From Macrostomum lignano (lineage: Eukaryota), in assembly GCA_002269645.1 (NCBI GenBank), contig NIVC01001800.1:1-35047 (forward strand): DNA of 35,047 nucleotides, read 5' to 3'. The notes under the pieces were generated by a model that worked only from the letters and a program-made list of their open reading frames with translations, made no database searches and was not told the origin of the DNA. Below are positions 1 to 10,620 of this stretch, piece after piece. How positions within the stretch are numbered: the first letter of the stretch is position 1; every line of letters begins with the position of its first letter. The position numbers were made by a program, and so were the translations under genes.

Positions 1-2560
1 TGAAGATTGCTGAGGCTGTACAGGCCAGGCCTCATCCTGATCAGGAACCCTGGATGCGCAACGGTAAGTTGCCCAACATTCCTCTGGCTACTCTGATTTT
101 TATGTGTGTGGCCGGGGACAGCCGCCCTAGAGCGGCTATCCTCGCTGCTAGCCATCTCCAAGCTTGGCTGAGGACTGATCTCTCTGATGGAGACCTTTGT
201 GTCATCCAATCTAATCATTTCTCTCCGCGTACGTGTCTTGTTGCCTCGGTTTATATCCCAGGCGACAGAGACCCTGCTCCTGAGAGTTTACTGCGCCTCG
301 CGCAGTACTGCGAGTCCCAGAACGCTGAGCTGTGCTTAGGGGGCGACCTCAACGCGCACCACAAGCACTGGGGCAGCAAAGATACCACACTAGAGGAGAG
401 GAGCTTCTGGCCCTCATCTCTAACACAAACCTCATGCTCTGCAACCGCGGCAGCACTCCTACCTTTAATAATGGCAGATGGACCGAGGTCCTCGACGCCA
501 CACTCGTTACCCCAAGACTCTTTGACAGAGTTGAGGAGTGGAGAGTCTGGTCTGAGGAGCCCTCCCTGTCTGACCACTGCTTTATCGCCTTTAACATCGC
601 GGACACTAAAACCCAGTCTCCGATCACTTGGAGACGCAATATCCGCAACACTGATTGGGCGGCCTACAAGGCTGCCCTTGATCTGCACCTGCAGGAACTC
701 ACGGACTTACGTCCGATTGAGACCTGCGAGGATGTGGATCATATGGCTGAGACGCTGACAGGTTGCATTATTGAAGCCTACGAAGCGGCTTGTCCTGCTC
801 GCGCCTACAAAGGCAAGACCTCGGCGCCGTGGTGGAACCCGGAGCTGGGGAAACTCAGGCGGAAGGCCAAAAGCCTTCATCGCCGTGCCATGAAGACCGG
901 AAACCCGGAGGACATGGAGCTTTTCCGGCAAGCCTCCCGCAATTTAAAATCTGAAGTGCGCAAGGCCAAGGAATGTAAGTGGCGCCAATTCTGCAATGAA
1001 TTGGATCAAGACAGACCTACTTCTAGGCTTGTCAAGGCCCTTACAATGGACAAAATGTCCAAATTAGCCATGATCAAAAAAGATGATGGCTCTCTTACTA
1101 AAGACCCTGAAGAAGTGCTTCAGCATATGCTTAGCACATTCTTCCCGAGGGTACCTACTGCTAGACCGGAGCCCAACCATTCGATGGATGGAGCCACCCT
1201 AGCGGCGGGCATTGTCACTGAAGACCTAATCGCTCGTGCGGTCAGAACCTTCAAACCCTTCAAATCTCCTGGACCTGATGGTATCTACCCTGTTCTCCTT
1301 CGTGAAGCAGCCAAGATACCCTCGTTCCTGAGACTCACCCGCAATCTCATGCGGGCCTCTATCCAGCTGGGATACGTTCCCAAATGCTGGACTGAAGCTC
1401 GGGTAGTCTTTATTCCCAAACCTGGGAAGGGTGACTACCAAAGCGTCAAGGCCTTCCGGCCTATTAGCTTAACGTCAGCAATGCTTAAGCTCACTGAGAG
1501 GCTTATTCTCTGGCGGCTGCTGTCCTGCGAGCTGACAGCGATGCCCCTCAGCAATAATCAGCACGCCTTCCGCACCGGGAGGTCGACTGACAGCGCCCTG
1601 CATGCGATTGTCGAGAAGATTGAAAGGGCGGTACTGGGTGACGGTTACGCTCTGGCTCTCTTTCTTGACATTGTTGGCGCCTTCGACAACGTTATCTTTG
1701 AAGCGTTTCAGAGGGCCCTTCAAAATCGCAAAGCTCATGCTACCCTCATACGGTGGATCATGTACATGATCTCCAACCGTACGGTCACTGCCCAACTTCT
1801 TGGGCAAACTGCCTCCACCAGAGTCTGTAAGGGTGGACCCCAAGGCGGAGTCCTCACCCCGACGCTCTGGAACCTGGTCATGGACGCTCTTTTGAGTGAC
1901 TCCCGACCCGACCCCGTCTTCAAAGTCGGGTATGCTCATGACGTCACGGCCATTGTGGCAGGACCGTCTCCCAGCACGCTCAGGGATCTGATGCAGAGCT
2001 TTATCCTTAAATTACCCTTAAGTGGGTTCCGGGGCATGTGGGGATCCGAGGAAATGAGTTGGCTGACACCCTTGCAAAAGTTGGTGCCTCCGGCTCCTCT
2101 CTCGGCCCCGAACCTCTTGTCCCGATTCCTGGCTGTGTCATCGACTCGCGCATCAAAGCGTGGATCAGGACTCAGCACCGCTCGACTTGGGCGAACCGCA
2201 CGAACTGCAGGCAATCCAGAGGCGCTGTCCCTCAGCCCTCTCACCAGCTCCGGAAGCTCCTCTTGCGCCTCTCGCGCAGAGACATCCGGGCTGCCACCAT
2301 GACCCTCTCTGGTCACGGCTGCTTCTCCAGGCACCAGTACCTGCAGGGCAACGCCACCAACGCCACCTGCAGTTTCTGCAACTCAGGTGACGAAACCGCT
2401 GAGCATTTCGTCAGCATCTGTCCCGCCTTCACGCGGGCCAGACTCACTTACCTCGGGCCACACACATCTATTACTGAAGCGTGCAAACCCGAAAACTTTA
2501 ATCAGCTCATGCGCTACCTTCGGGCCACCCGCAGGGCTGAACTCTCCTTTCCAGAGAGCA
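1..2560 (+). pseudogene. Disrupted LINE ORF2 (endonuclease/reverse transcriptase/RNase H)
   Basis: 1-nt frameshifts near 41 and 388; catalytic YADD reads YAHD (1931-1942); RT is joined directly to the RNase H C-terminus at ~2000-2010 with a frame change, implying a large internal deletion. Confidence 0.85.
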
Positions 2561-2716
2561 TTATAGCTGCTGGCGACACTGGGGACCTCCCTGGGCGGCG
2601 CCAACCCTCCGTCCATAGCGACGCGTCGGCCGTTCAGGGACTAGCGGAATGGGCGCTCGCGCCTTCCCGCTGTGTCCCCTCCGGGACAGCCCTGCAGCTA
2701 AGTCAAGTAAGTCAAG
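1..2716 (+). mobile_element. Non-LTR retrotransposon (I group, most like LOA/R1-type: APE-RT-RNase H-Cys/His), 5' end outside window, inactive copy
   Basis: APE motifs (I)QEPW ~40-53 and GGDLNAHH; RT motifs KSPGPDGIYP, FIPKPGK, FRPISLTS, QHAFRTGRST, FLDIVGAFD, PQGGVLTPTLWN; RNase H C-terminal WVPGHVGIRGNELADTLAK from 2023; C-terminal CSFC..ETAEHFVSIC; ends in (TAAGTCAAG)2 at 2699-2716. Confidence 0.9.
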
Positions 2717-2966
2717 AGTCTCGACGCCACAGTGTTCACCATGGATCGCATTACTGCAGACACGTACATGGGCCGAGATCTCACGACAGCTATAAGTGTG
2801 CGAAAGGTTCTGGCGACATGCCCTAGCTAAAGAAGCGTCCGACTATGTCGCTTCCTGCCAGACCTACACTCAGAGCAAAGGACGGCGACGAGTTCCGGCG
2901 CATGCACAGTCGTTTCCGGTCTACGAACTTAATGGGCGATGTGCAATTGACATCCTAGGTCCCACT
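2717..2966 (+). mobile_element. Ty3/Gypsy-like integrase remnant (Zn-binding domain and start of core)
   Basis: Across one frameshift reads MGRDLTT..VCERFWRHALAKEASDYVASCQTY...PVYELNGRCAIDILGP, matching the H-x-G..T..RFW..V..C..C / IDxxGP pattern of LTR integrases. Confidence 0.65.
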
Positions 2967-4008
2967 GGATACTTACTTACTTAAATACGTCACAAGATAA
3001 TGCTGTTTTTGATCTACAAATAGATCATTATCTCTACAACAATCAAAAATGGAAGCAAAAACGTTTAGCTCATATTTTGCCTTAAAATTTCAACCCAAAA
3101 GCTTAAAAACCTGTATATTTCTGATCCTGGGATCGCAAAAACCGGGATTTTGCACTCCCTAATTCTGAAATAGTATTCATTTGCATGCCACTTAAACTTA
3201 AAGTTTAAATTACATGAATAAATGTTTAAATGAAGTTGTGTCTTGCGCTAGAAATTTATTTGCCAGACTGCTCCTCTTGGAGTCGTGGTGGCTGGGGAAT
3301 TGTTTGGTGGGGTGAAGAAAGAATGCCCCCATCTTGTACAGGCCGCAATTTCGCTTCCAGTCCACGTGAGGAAAGGAAGTGTTGCGGACAACGGCCCCCA
3401 CTCCCCCCTTCCTCAGAAGCCCACACGTTGGGGAAGCTTTGCCCCCATGTTGTACAGAAAAAAATTCTTATTCGTTTCGCGTCCCGGTACTTAAATATAG
3501 CCGTCCATGGGTTAAGCCAGACTGCCAGAGACTTCTAAATATACTGGTAACAGCTGTTATCTGTTATCTTCAGAGCTCCCTGGTGGAAGCAAAGGAAAGG
3601 AAAGAAGCAAAAAAGCAAAAAAATGGAAGCAAAAAAAGAAGCAAAAAAAATAAAGGAGGAAGCAAAGGCACCCCTCCCAGTCCTGGTTTTCAATCGAGCC
3701 TGAGCCTGGGAAATTTATGTAAGGGCCTCTTATAGATCTGCCCCACTCCTAATGCCCTTTCTTTTGCCCCCTTTGTTGTACATGTAACTCCTTTAGGGAG
3801 ATCTGTGCAACCATTTTTGTTATTATATAGCATTATCTGTTTTGCTCAAAAAATTTTAGTAAGAAGGAGCCCCAAGCTCTGCTCCCATACTATGTTTACG
3901 CTGAATTCTAGCCTCTCTCAGTTGCGAACCCCATTTAATGTGAGCTCGTTTGGGCACCCCATTTTAATCAACCAGGTGGCTCCAGAGCACAGACCATATA
4001 GAATAGAA

Positions 4009-4037
4009 CTAGCAATCTTCGCCCCCCGATGGGGGGC
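4009..4037 (-). mobile_element. Helitron-like 3' terminus
   Basis: Minus strand reads GCCCCCC-ATC-GGGGGGC (7-bp hairpin), 8-nt spacer, CTAG, then T; this is the canonical Helitron 3' architecture. 5' end not located. Confidence 0.45.
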
Positions 4038-4154
4038 ATCTAGATAGAATCTCTGGCTCTCTACAAGTATTAAAAAGACGGCCAAAAAAGTCTTCACATA
4101 GACAATAGAAAAACTGCTCAAATGAAGTGCAATGCAAAAAGAAAACATCCTAGG

Positions 4155-5045
4155 ACAGCAAGCAACCCCCCAGATAGCAAGCATCTCCAGATAGCAAGCA
4201 CCCCCAGATAGCAAGCACCCCCAGATAGCAAGCACCCCCAGATAGCAAGCACCCCCAGATAGCAAGCACCCCCAGATAGCAAGCACCCCCAGATCGCAAG
4301 CATCTCCAGATAGCAAGCACCCCCAGATAGCAGGCACCCCAGATAGCAAGCATCCACCTAATAGCAAGCACCCCAAGATAGCAAGCATCCACCTAATAGC
4401 AAGCACCCTTAGAAAGCAAGCACCTACAGATAGCAAGCATCCCCAGATAGCAAGCACCCCCAGATAGCAAGCATCTCCAGATAGCAAGCACCCCCAGATA
4501 GCAGGCAACCCAGATAGCAAGCATCCACCTAATAGCAAGCACCCCAAGATAGCAAGCATCCACCTAATAGCAAGCACCCTTAGAAAGCAAGCACCCCCAG
4601 TTAGCAAGCACCCTTAGATAGCAAGCACCCCCCAGATAGCAAGCACCCTCAGATAGCAGGCACCCCAGATAGCAAGCATCCACCTAATAGCAAGCACTCC
4701 AAGATAGCAGGCACCCCAGATAGCAAGCATCCACCTAATAGCAAGCACCCCCAGATAGCTAGAACCCCCAAGATAGCAAGCATCCCCCCCCCAGATAGCA
4801 TGCACCCCCAGATAGCACGCATCTCCAGATAGCAAGCACTCCAAGATAGCAGGCACCCCAGATAGCAAGCATCCACCTAATAGCAAGCACCCTTAGATAG
4901 CAAGCACCCCCAGATAGCAAGCACCCCCAGATAGCAAGCACCCCCAGATAGCAAGCACCCCCAGATAGCAAGCACCCCCAGATAGCAAGCACCCGGCCCA
5001 GATAGCACGCATCTCCAGATAGCAAGCACTCCAAGATAGTAGGCA
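4155..5045. repeat. 17-bp minisatellite (CCCCCAGATAGCAAGCA)n with higher-order duplicated blocks
   Basis: Period 17 (4207, 4224, ...); a variant block with CCACCTAATAG and CCCTTAGAAAG occurs at ~4290-4425 and again at ~4460-4595. Confidence 0.95.
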
Positions 5046-5049
5046 CCCC

Positions 5050-5310
5050 ATTTATGTTTGACATGGTAGCTGTTTTGTGTTTGACATTGTGGCTTTTTAA
5101 TGTTTGACCTGGTGGCACTTTAATGTATGCAATGATGGCTCTTTAATGTCTGACATGGAGTCACTTATACGCTTGACATGGTGGCTCTTTAATATTTGAC
5201 ATGGTGGCACTTTAATGTCTGAAATGAAGTCATGTATGTACGCTTGACATGGTGACTCGTTGATGTTTGACATAGTGGCTCTTTTATGTTCGACATGGTG
5301 GCTCTTTAAT
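5050..5310. repeat. Degenerate 23-bp minisatellite (TTTGACATGGTGGCTCTTTAATG)n
   Basis: TGACATGG recurs with ~23-bp period (e.g. 5174, 5197). Confidence 0.85.
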
Positions 5311-5499
5311 GTTCTCCGGACCCCTACCTCGCGGTTATCATTTTTATTGCTGCCTGAATTCACTCACCCACCCCATCCCCATAGAACCCCACCCCCACCC
5401 CACCCCTGTTCCCTGTCCACCCCAACACTGTTCTCACTCCCTGTATGTGATCTTTATTTATTTTTGCTCATTGTCCCCATTGCTTATTTTGTTTGCCCC

Positions 5500-6865
5500 T
5501 GTACTTTCTGCCGCCTCTTTGATTCTCCGCGACTGCCGTGACTGACGACCCAATGCTGGGAGGTGCCGAGAGTCGCCACTCGACCCGGCGGCGCTACTGG
5601 ACATGTTTGGCCGAGCCAATGGCCATCCCGATGGCTGTATGAACTGATGGACGAAGTCAGCGCTGTGACGCTAGCCCCCGAGCCAGAAGCCGTCCGGTCT
5701 CTGGAGCCGGACCGGCACAAAACGTCGCCACTGCCGCCCACGAATTGGTCCAGCGATTCCAGCTACCAGCTACCGGCCCACCATCTTCCTAGGAGGCGGC
5801 ACCAACGTCCGAGCCCGACACACGCGTAGCAGCTGTCGGAACTGCTGCTATGGGAACTTGCGAGCGAGGCCAGGGCCCGCCACTTCAGCAACTGCCCCCA
5901 TTGGAGCCGTCTGGCCCAACGATACGGGCCACAGGCGGCCGCCCAAGCGGTAGTGATGACGGCCGATCTACTAGGCGAGCGTCTACGTGTCGGGACGTCC
6001 GGCCCACAACTCGGCCCCGTCTGCTCGTTGATCGCCCTGGGAGTCGATCACTCGGCCAGAGCTAGGTCTAGGTCGACTAGGTCGGCCAGACTATAGGTCG
6101 AGGAATGCCGCCGACGGTCCTTCCTGTAGCTGTGCCGCAACGCCCGCATTGCCAGCTCAGCCCCGGCCGGAGCGGATCCGCGGGAGCGCGCCCTGCCAAC
6201 TGCGGAGGCCGCGCGACCGCCACCCGAAGCCGCTACCCCTAGACAGCCGGGGACGACGTCTGTCGCCACGCTAGTGCACGGCGCCTCCGTGCCTGTGGTA
6301 GAGTGGGCTACCACTGATGCGTTCCGGCTTCGTCATTGCGCCCTTTTGCTGGTCCCGCGCCTGGCCCCTTCATTGGTGTCCCGATCGTCCCCCTTTTGGT
6401 CCTCCCTAGTCTCCCCATCGTTGGTTTTTATATATTTTTTCGCCATTTATTTTTTTGTTCTTTTTGCTGTTTTCAAAGCGTTGACTAAACCCCGGAACTC
6501 CCTTTTTCACCGGTTGCCCCATGCCCTGGCGATAATTTTTATGTTGCATATACATGTATTTACGGTTCGGAATGTCCCGGTCTGTTGACTTTTCCTCCAA
6601 CTGTCCTTCCCCTTTTACTTTTCACCTTTTGTCATTTCTCGATTCTTCCCTTTTCCCGCCTTTTGTATAGCTAACTATTGAACTAAACTTGTTCTGATCA
6701 AGCGTTAATCAGTACTCTAGCTTTCGCACCGCGGCTCTGCCGGATCACCTCACCTCGATTGTACAGTCGCGACCGAACCGGATAAACTAAGCAATTCAGC
6801 ATTATTGCAATAGCTAAATAAACACTATTATTTATTCTTTGAAAAATAAGCCTAGGCTGCCTACA
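5500..6865 (+). other. Unassigned GC-rich segment, possibly an LTR or retroelement remnant
   Basis: CpG-rich block, then a pyrimidine-rich tract, AATAAA near 6817 and a ...CTACA end at 6865; no matching TG start or TSD and no recognisable protein in any frame. Confidence 0.25.
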
Positions 6866-6870
6866 TATCT

Positions 6871-6904
6871 TTGAGTACTTTGCCCGTGGGGCGTAAAATA
6901 ACCA
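6871..6904 (+). repeat. Outer part of left arm of an old long inverted repeat (split by the EnSpm insertion)
   Basis: TTGAGTACTTTGCCCGTGGGGCGTAAAATAACCA versus reverse complement of 19011-19044 TTGAGTCATTTGCCCGTGGGGTGTAAAACAACCA. Confidence 0.85.
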
Positions 6905-7317
6905 CCCTACTCTCCTTGCATGGATAAATCATGGATGAAGCATCCATGATGCCATGTATGGATCATACCTGAACATGTATGGAGCCATACCTGATCATAC
7001 ATGGTTCCACGTAAACTTCATCCATGGTTACTTTCCATCCATGTACATTGATGTATGATTTTAAATATAATTTTCCTTACTACACTACTGTTAGTAGAAC
7101 GCAATGTTTGCGTAGGTTCATTTTAAAGCTGAAATTTTCTAAACAAATTCGGCAGCATCTTTAGTGCTGCTGAGAAATATGTTTCCATTCCCTTATAAAT
7201 CACTTTCAAAACAAAAAAGTATCAGAACAAATACTTATGCAATTAAATGTAGAAGTAATTGAAAACTCGTATGATGACCATTTCGAGACTTATATTATTA
7301 ATGATAATTAGGCATAA

Positions 7318-7942
7318 TTCATTTCAAAGTACTGTAAGAAAAAATAAGACAGCTCAGTCTCAGAGAGCTTTAAAATACAGAATGGACAGAATTTGACGCA
7401 TTTCAAGGTACTGTAAGAAAAAATAAGACAGCTCAGAGAGCTTTAAAATACAGAATAGACAGAATTTGACGCATTTCAAGGTACTGTAAGAAAAAATAAA
7501 ACAGCTCAGAGAGCTTTAAAATACAGAATAGACAGAATTTGACGCATTTCAAGGTACTGTAAGAAAAAATAAAACAGCTCAGAGAGCTTTAAAATACAGA
7601 ATAGACAGAATTTGACGCATTTCAAGGTACTGTAAGAAAAAATAAAACAGCTCAGAGAGCTTTAAAATACAGAATAGACAGAATTTGACGCATTTCAAGG
7701 TACTGTAAGAAAAAATAAAACAGCTCAGAGAGCTTTAAAATACAGAATAGACAGAATTTGACGCATTTCAAGGTACTGTAAGAAAAATAAAACAGCTCAG
7801 AGAGCTTTAAGATACAGAATAGACAGAATTTGACGCATTTCAAGGTACTGTAAGAAAAAATAAAACAGCTCAGAGAGCTTTAAGATACAGAATAGACAGA
7901 ATTTGACGCATTTCAAGGTACTGTAAGAAAAAATAAAACAGT
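7318..7942. repeat. 73-bp tandem array (~8.5 near-identical copies) inside the EnSpm element
   Basis: TTTCAAGGTACTGTAAG starts at 7401, 7474, 7547, 7620 and onward. Confidence 0.95.
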
Positions 7943-8270
7943 AAATTTTACTGAACAGTCAATAAATAGAATTAGCCGAATTCGGTACGCATTAAGGGCA
8001 AGGGCCGACTAATCCTTTACGAAACGAAGTTAATGCTGCATTAGTCAATTATTTGCGCACAGAAACTTGGAGATTTTGAATATGGAGAGATCGGACAAAG
8101 AGAGGTAACGGTGGGAGTCTGAGAGGGAGGAAGTTGGGCATCTGGAAAGTTATTCTGATTCCCTGATGGTTTTATCTTGGTCATGGAGCATAATTTTATT
8201 TTCTGCCAGACTTTGCAGCATTAATAATAAAATAATCGGATCTAAGGTACGGACACATACTCGTACCTTT

Positions 8271-10571
8271 TTAATCATGTTCAAACTCTTTGAACAATGG
8301 CACAGCGCAATAACAGTCTTTGCTGAACGATTCTACTGGAACAGCGATGCAGGGTCGATCGACCTCTGAAAAATTAACTATACGTTCGCGTCTGGCCGAT
8401 CTGGGCGCATTAGACAGGGATATCAATACAAAATTGAATGTCGAAGACTTTTTGAACATGGATTCCAGCAATGCTTTCCAATTAAGTAAATCGATGGGGA
8501 AAGTTGCTGCTGGTACTCGTAAAACAAAATCAAACAGCGAACCAATGGGATCCAAAATTTGCACTCGAATAGTATTAGGCTCGAGGAACTCTGCAATAGT
8601 GCAGATTTCGCCGGACTTCAATTGGCAAAGATGGTTAGAATTTTTCGACGCACAAGCTGAGCTTGTCGAGAAAAAATGTCCATTAAAATAAGCAAGTGAG
8701 TTTCGAAGAATACCATGTGGCCTGGATGGCTCTAAAGATATAGAGTTAACTGCATCCACTACAATAGAGTCCTTAACACAAGAAAAGTAGTGATGTAGCA
8801 ACTTTTGAAACAAAAACTTGCGAACAAGCTGTGGGCCAAATGACACAGTTCCGCATAAGAACTTTTTGAACATGCCAATGGAGCTCTCAAATGCGAACAT
8901 AGAATAATTAAATACAGGTCCGTACAATTCGTACTGTTCAGCCATATGCAAAAGCAGGTGGAAATTAAGGCGGAGTACTTTCGGTCCGAATATTTGCTGA
9001 GCATTGGAGATAAAAGCTTTGCATAGCTTTTCGATATCAGTCTTATTTGATTGGGGGCTATACAACATGTGATAAATAAGAACTAAATTAGTTAACAGCA
9101 GTTTCAATGGAAAATGCGAAATTCTCTGCAAAAACGTAGGAAGAAGAAAGTATAGCGCAAAGTTTTTAAAATGCTTTGCTTTCCAATCTGAAAAGCCTTT
9201 AAAATTTGTGTTGATTGTGATGCTAGAAGGAGTTGTAGATTGACGAATACAATTAGATATGAAATCCATGCAATTAGCTGAGCAAAAATACAACTCGCGC
9301 CTGTTTGCAGGTAATGACAGCTCTTCTAGTAGATACTTGGTGTGGCCTTCGAAAAAGCAGTGTAAACTGTCAATAGGATTGCAGCTGGGAAACGGAACAT
9401 AGTCTAACAAGCAACTGCGCATCTTTACGCCAAAAACAGGCCGATTTCGAATTTGTGCGAGCCGACAGTGTTCAAGATGGGAAGATGGGTTTCTCAAAGG
9501 AAACAAGTAGCCTTCACCATAGCGGAAGATCCAGTTTTTACCTTTCTCGGATACTTTAAAGCTCTCACCTGGGTGCAAGCACCTAGGACAGCTAAACGCA
9601 CCATTGTACTGGTGAATGCAGAAGAGCTTAGCAAGAGCGGGCAAGTCACAAACAAAGAGTGTGTAATGGACATGAACGGTGTATTCCGAGAATATAAACT
9701 GTTTTGGCAAATTGTTCATAATTTCAGACAGAAAAGACTGGAAATGCGGGACTGCCTTCGATGAAACAAGAGCAATTAGAATTAAATTTGCAAAGCGTTG
9801 ACGGATGTAAACAGGAAGGTTTAGAAGTTGAGCCTGAAATGGCCAAAAGCTACTCTGAACAGATTCAAAAAAATTGGCGCCATCAGCTGAGATTAGAAGA
9901 TGCAAGTGAAGCGACTTGCCAGAAGATAGGCTTAAGCCTTGTTCTTTAACTATTTTGGAATTCAAAACGTCTGTGTTTTTATCCTTTTGCAATTCTTGCT
10001 CATACTGCAGAATAGTTGAAGTGTGGCTGCTTAAGATAGTCCGCAGCTGTGGAACAATATTGAGCTGTGTCACAGCAACCTTTGACTTTGGGGAATGAAC
10101 CTGACACTGGCTTTTGCATTCTGGGCAAAAGCCAAATTCAGACACGTCACTATCATCAAGAGGGCAAGTATCTTGAATCAATGATTTGAGCAACTTGACG
10201 CTATTTGGAAGAGCTAGAGAATCTCTACTAAAAATAGAAAGTAGCTTCAGGAGTCTATCAAGAGCAGCCTCTGAAACTCCGGAAGTAATTGCCCACTGAA
10301 AAATCAGAGCCGCCTGCACACTGGGATCTGAGATGGAAGCCAAATTCGCTAAGCTATCTGAACTCTCCTCAAGCACAGGCACAGCATTGTTTTCACCAAT
10401 AAAAGTTTCCACAGCGTCAGGACAGCTGTGCGAGTGCGTTACACCGGCTTCGCTTGAAATTGAACTCCTATTACTTGTAGAAAAACTATTTGAGGGAGAA
10501 GAAATCGCCTGACAAGAGTAGGCTGAGTAATTAGTAGAAAGAGAGTGCTCAGATTCTGATTTACTAGACAT
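8271..10571 (-). CDS. EnSpm/CACTA DDE transposase (TnpD-like), 766 aa, single exon, intact
   Basis: Motifs ISADG...WP...NLP..R, VCDLPA, CPRC, GVK, IDSLHCFFEG, WKAKHF, FHLLLH (H-x3-H), GPVFNYSMFAFES; uninterrupted ORF between the TIRs. Confidence 0.92.
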   Translation of the reverse strand: MSSKSESEHSLSTNYSAYSCQAISSPSNSFSTSNRSSISSEAGVTHSHSCPDAVETFIGENNAVPVLEESSDSLANLASISDPSVQAALIFQWAITSGVSEAALDRLLKLLSIFSRDSLALPNSVKLLKSLIQDTCPLDDSDVSEFGFCPECKSQCQVHSPKSKVAVTQLNIVPQLRTILSSHTSTILQYEQELQKDKNTDVLNSKIVKEQGLSLSSGKSLHLHLLISADGANFFESVQSSFWPFQAQLLNLPVYIRQRFANLILIALVSSKAVPHFQSFLSEIMNNLPKQFIFSEYTVHVHYTLFVCDLPALAKLFCIHQYNGAFSCPRCLHPGESFKVSEKGKNWIFRYGEGYLFPLRNPSSHLEHCRLAQIRNRPVFGVKMRSCLLDYVPFPSCNPIDSLHCFFEGHTKYLLEELSLPANRRELYFCSANCMDFISNCIRQSTTPSSITINTNFKGFSDWKAKHFKNFALYFLLPTFLQRISHFPLKLLLTNLVLIYHMLYSPQSNKTDIEKLCKAFISNAQQIFGPKVLRLNFHLLLHMAEQYELYGPVFNYSMFAFESSIGMFKKFLCGTVSFGPQLVRKFLFQKLLHHYFSCVKDSIVVDAVNSISLEPSRPHGILRNSLAYFNGHFFSTSSACASKNSNHLCQLKSGEICTIAEFLEPNTIRVQILDPIGSLFDFVLRVPAATFPIDLLNWKALLESMFKKSSTFNFVLISLSNAPRSARRERIVNFSEVDRPCIAVPVESFSKDCYCAVPLFKEFEHD

Positions 10572-10620
10572 AAAAATAGCAATTCAAATATTCAAAAGTT
10601 ACTAGAATTTTTTCCGCAAT

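Noticed and set aside
2038-2826. 262-aa ORF as a stand-alone gene
   Set aside because: Chimera of LINE RNase H/Cys domain, LINE 3' tail and off-frame integrase remnant.
2970-2985. (TTAC)3 as the tail of a second, inverted LINE
   Set aside because: Too short, with no adjacent coding remnant or TSD.
3918-5118. Repetitive Cys/Leu/Gly ORFs
   Set aside because: Translations of the 17-bp minisatellite.
8320-10098. Plus-strand ORFs opposite the transposase
   Set aside because: Antisense shadows of a real coding sequence; no motifs.
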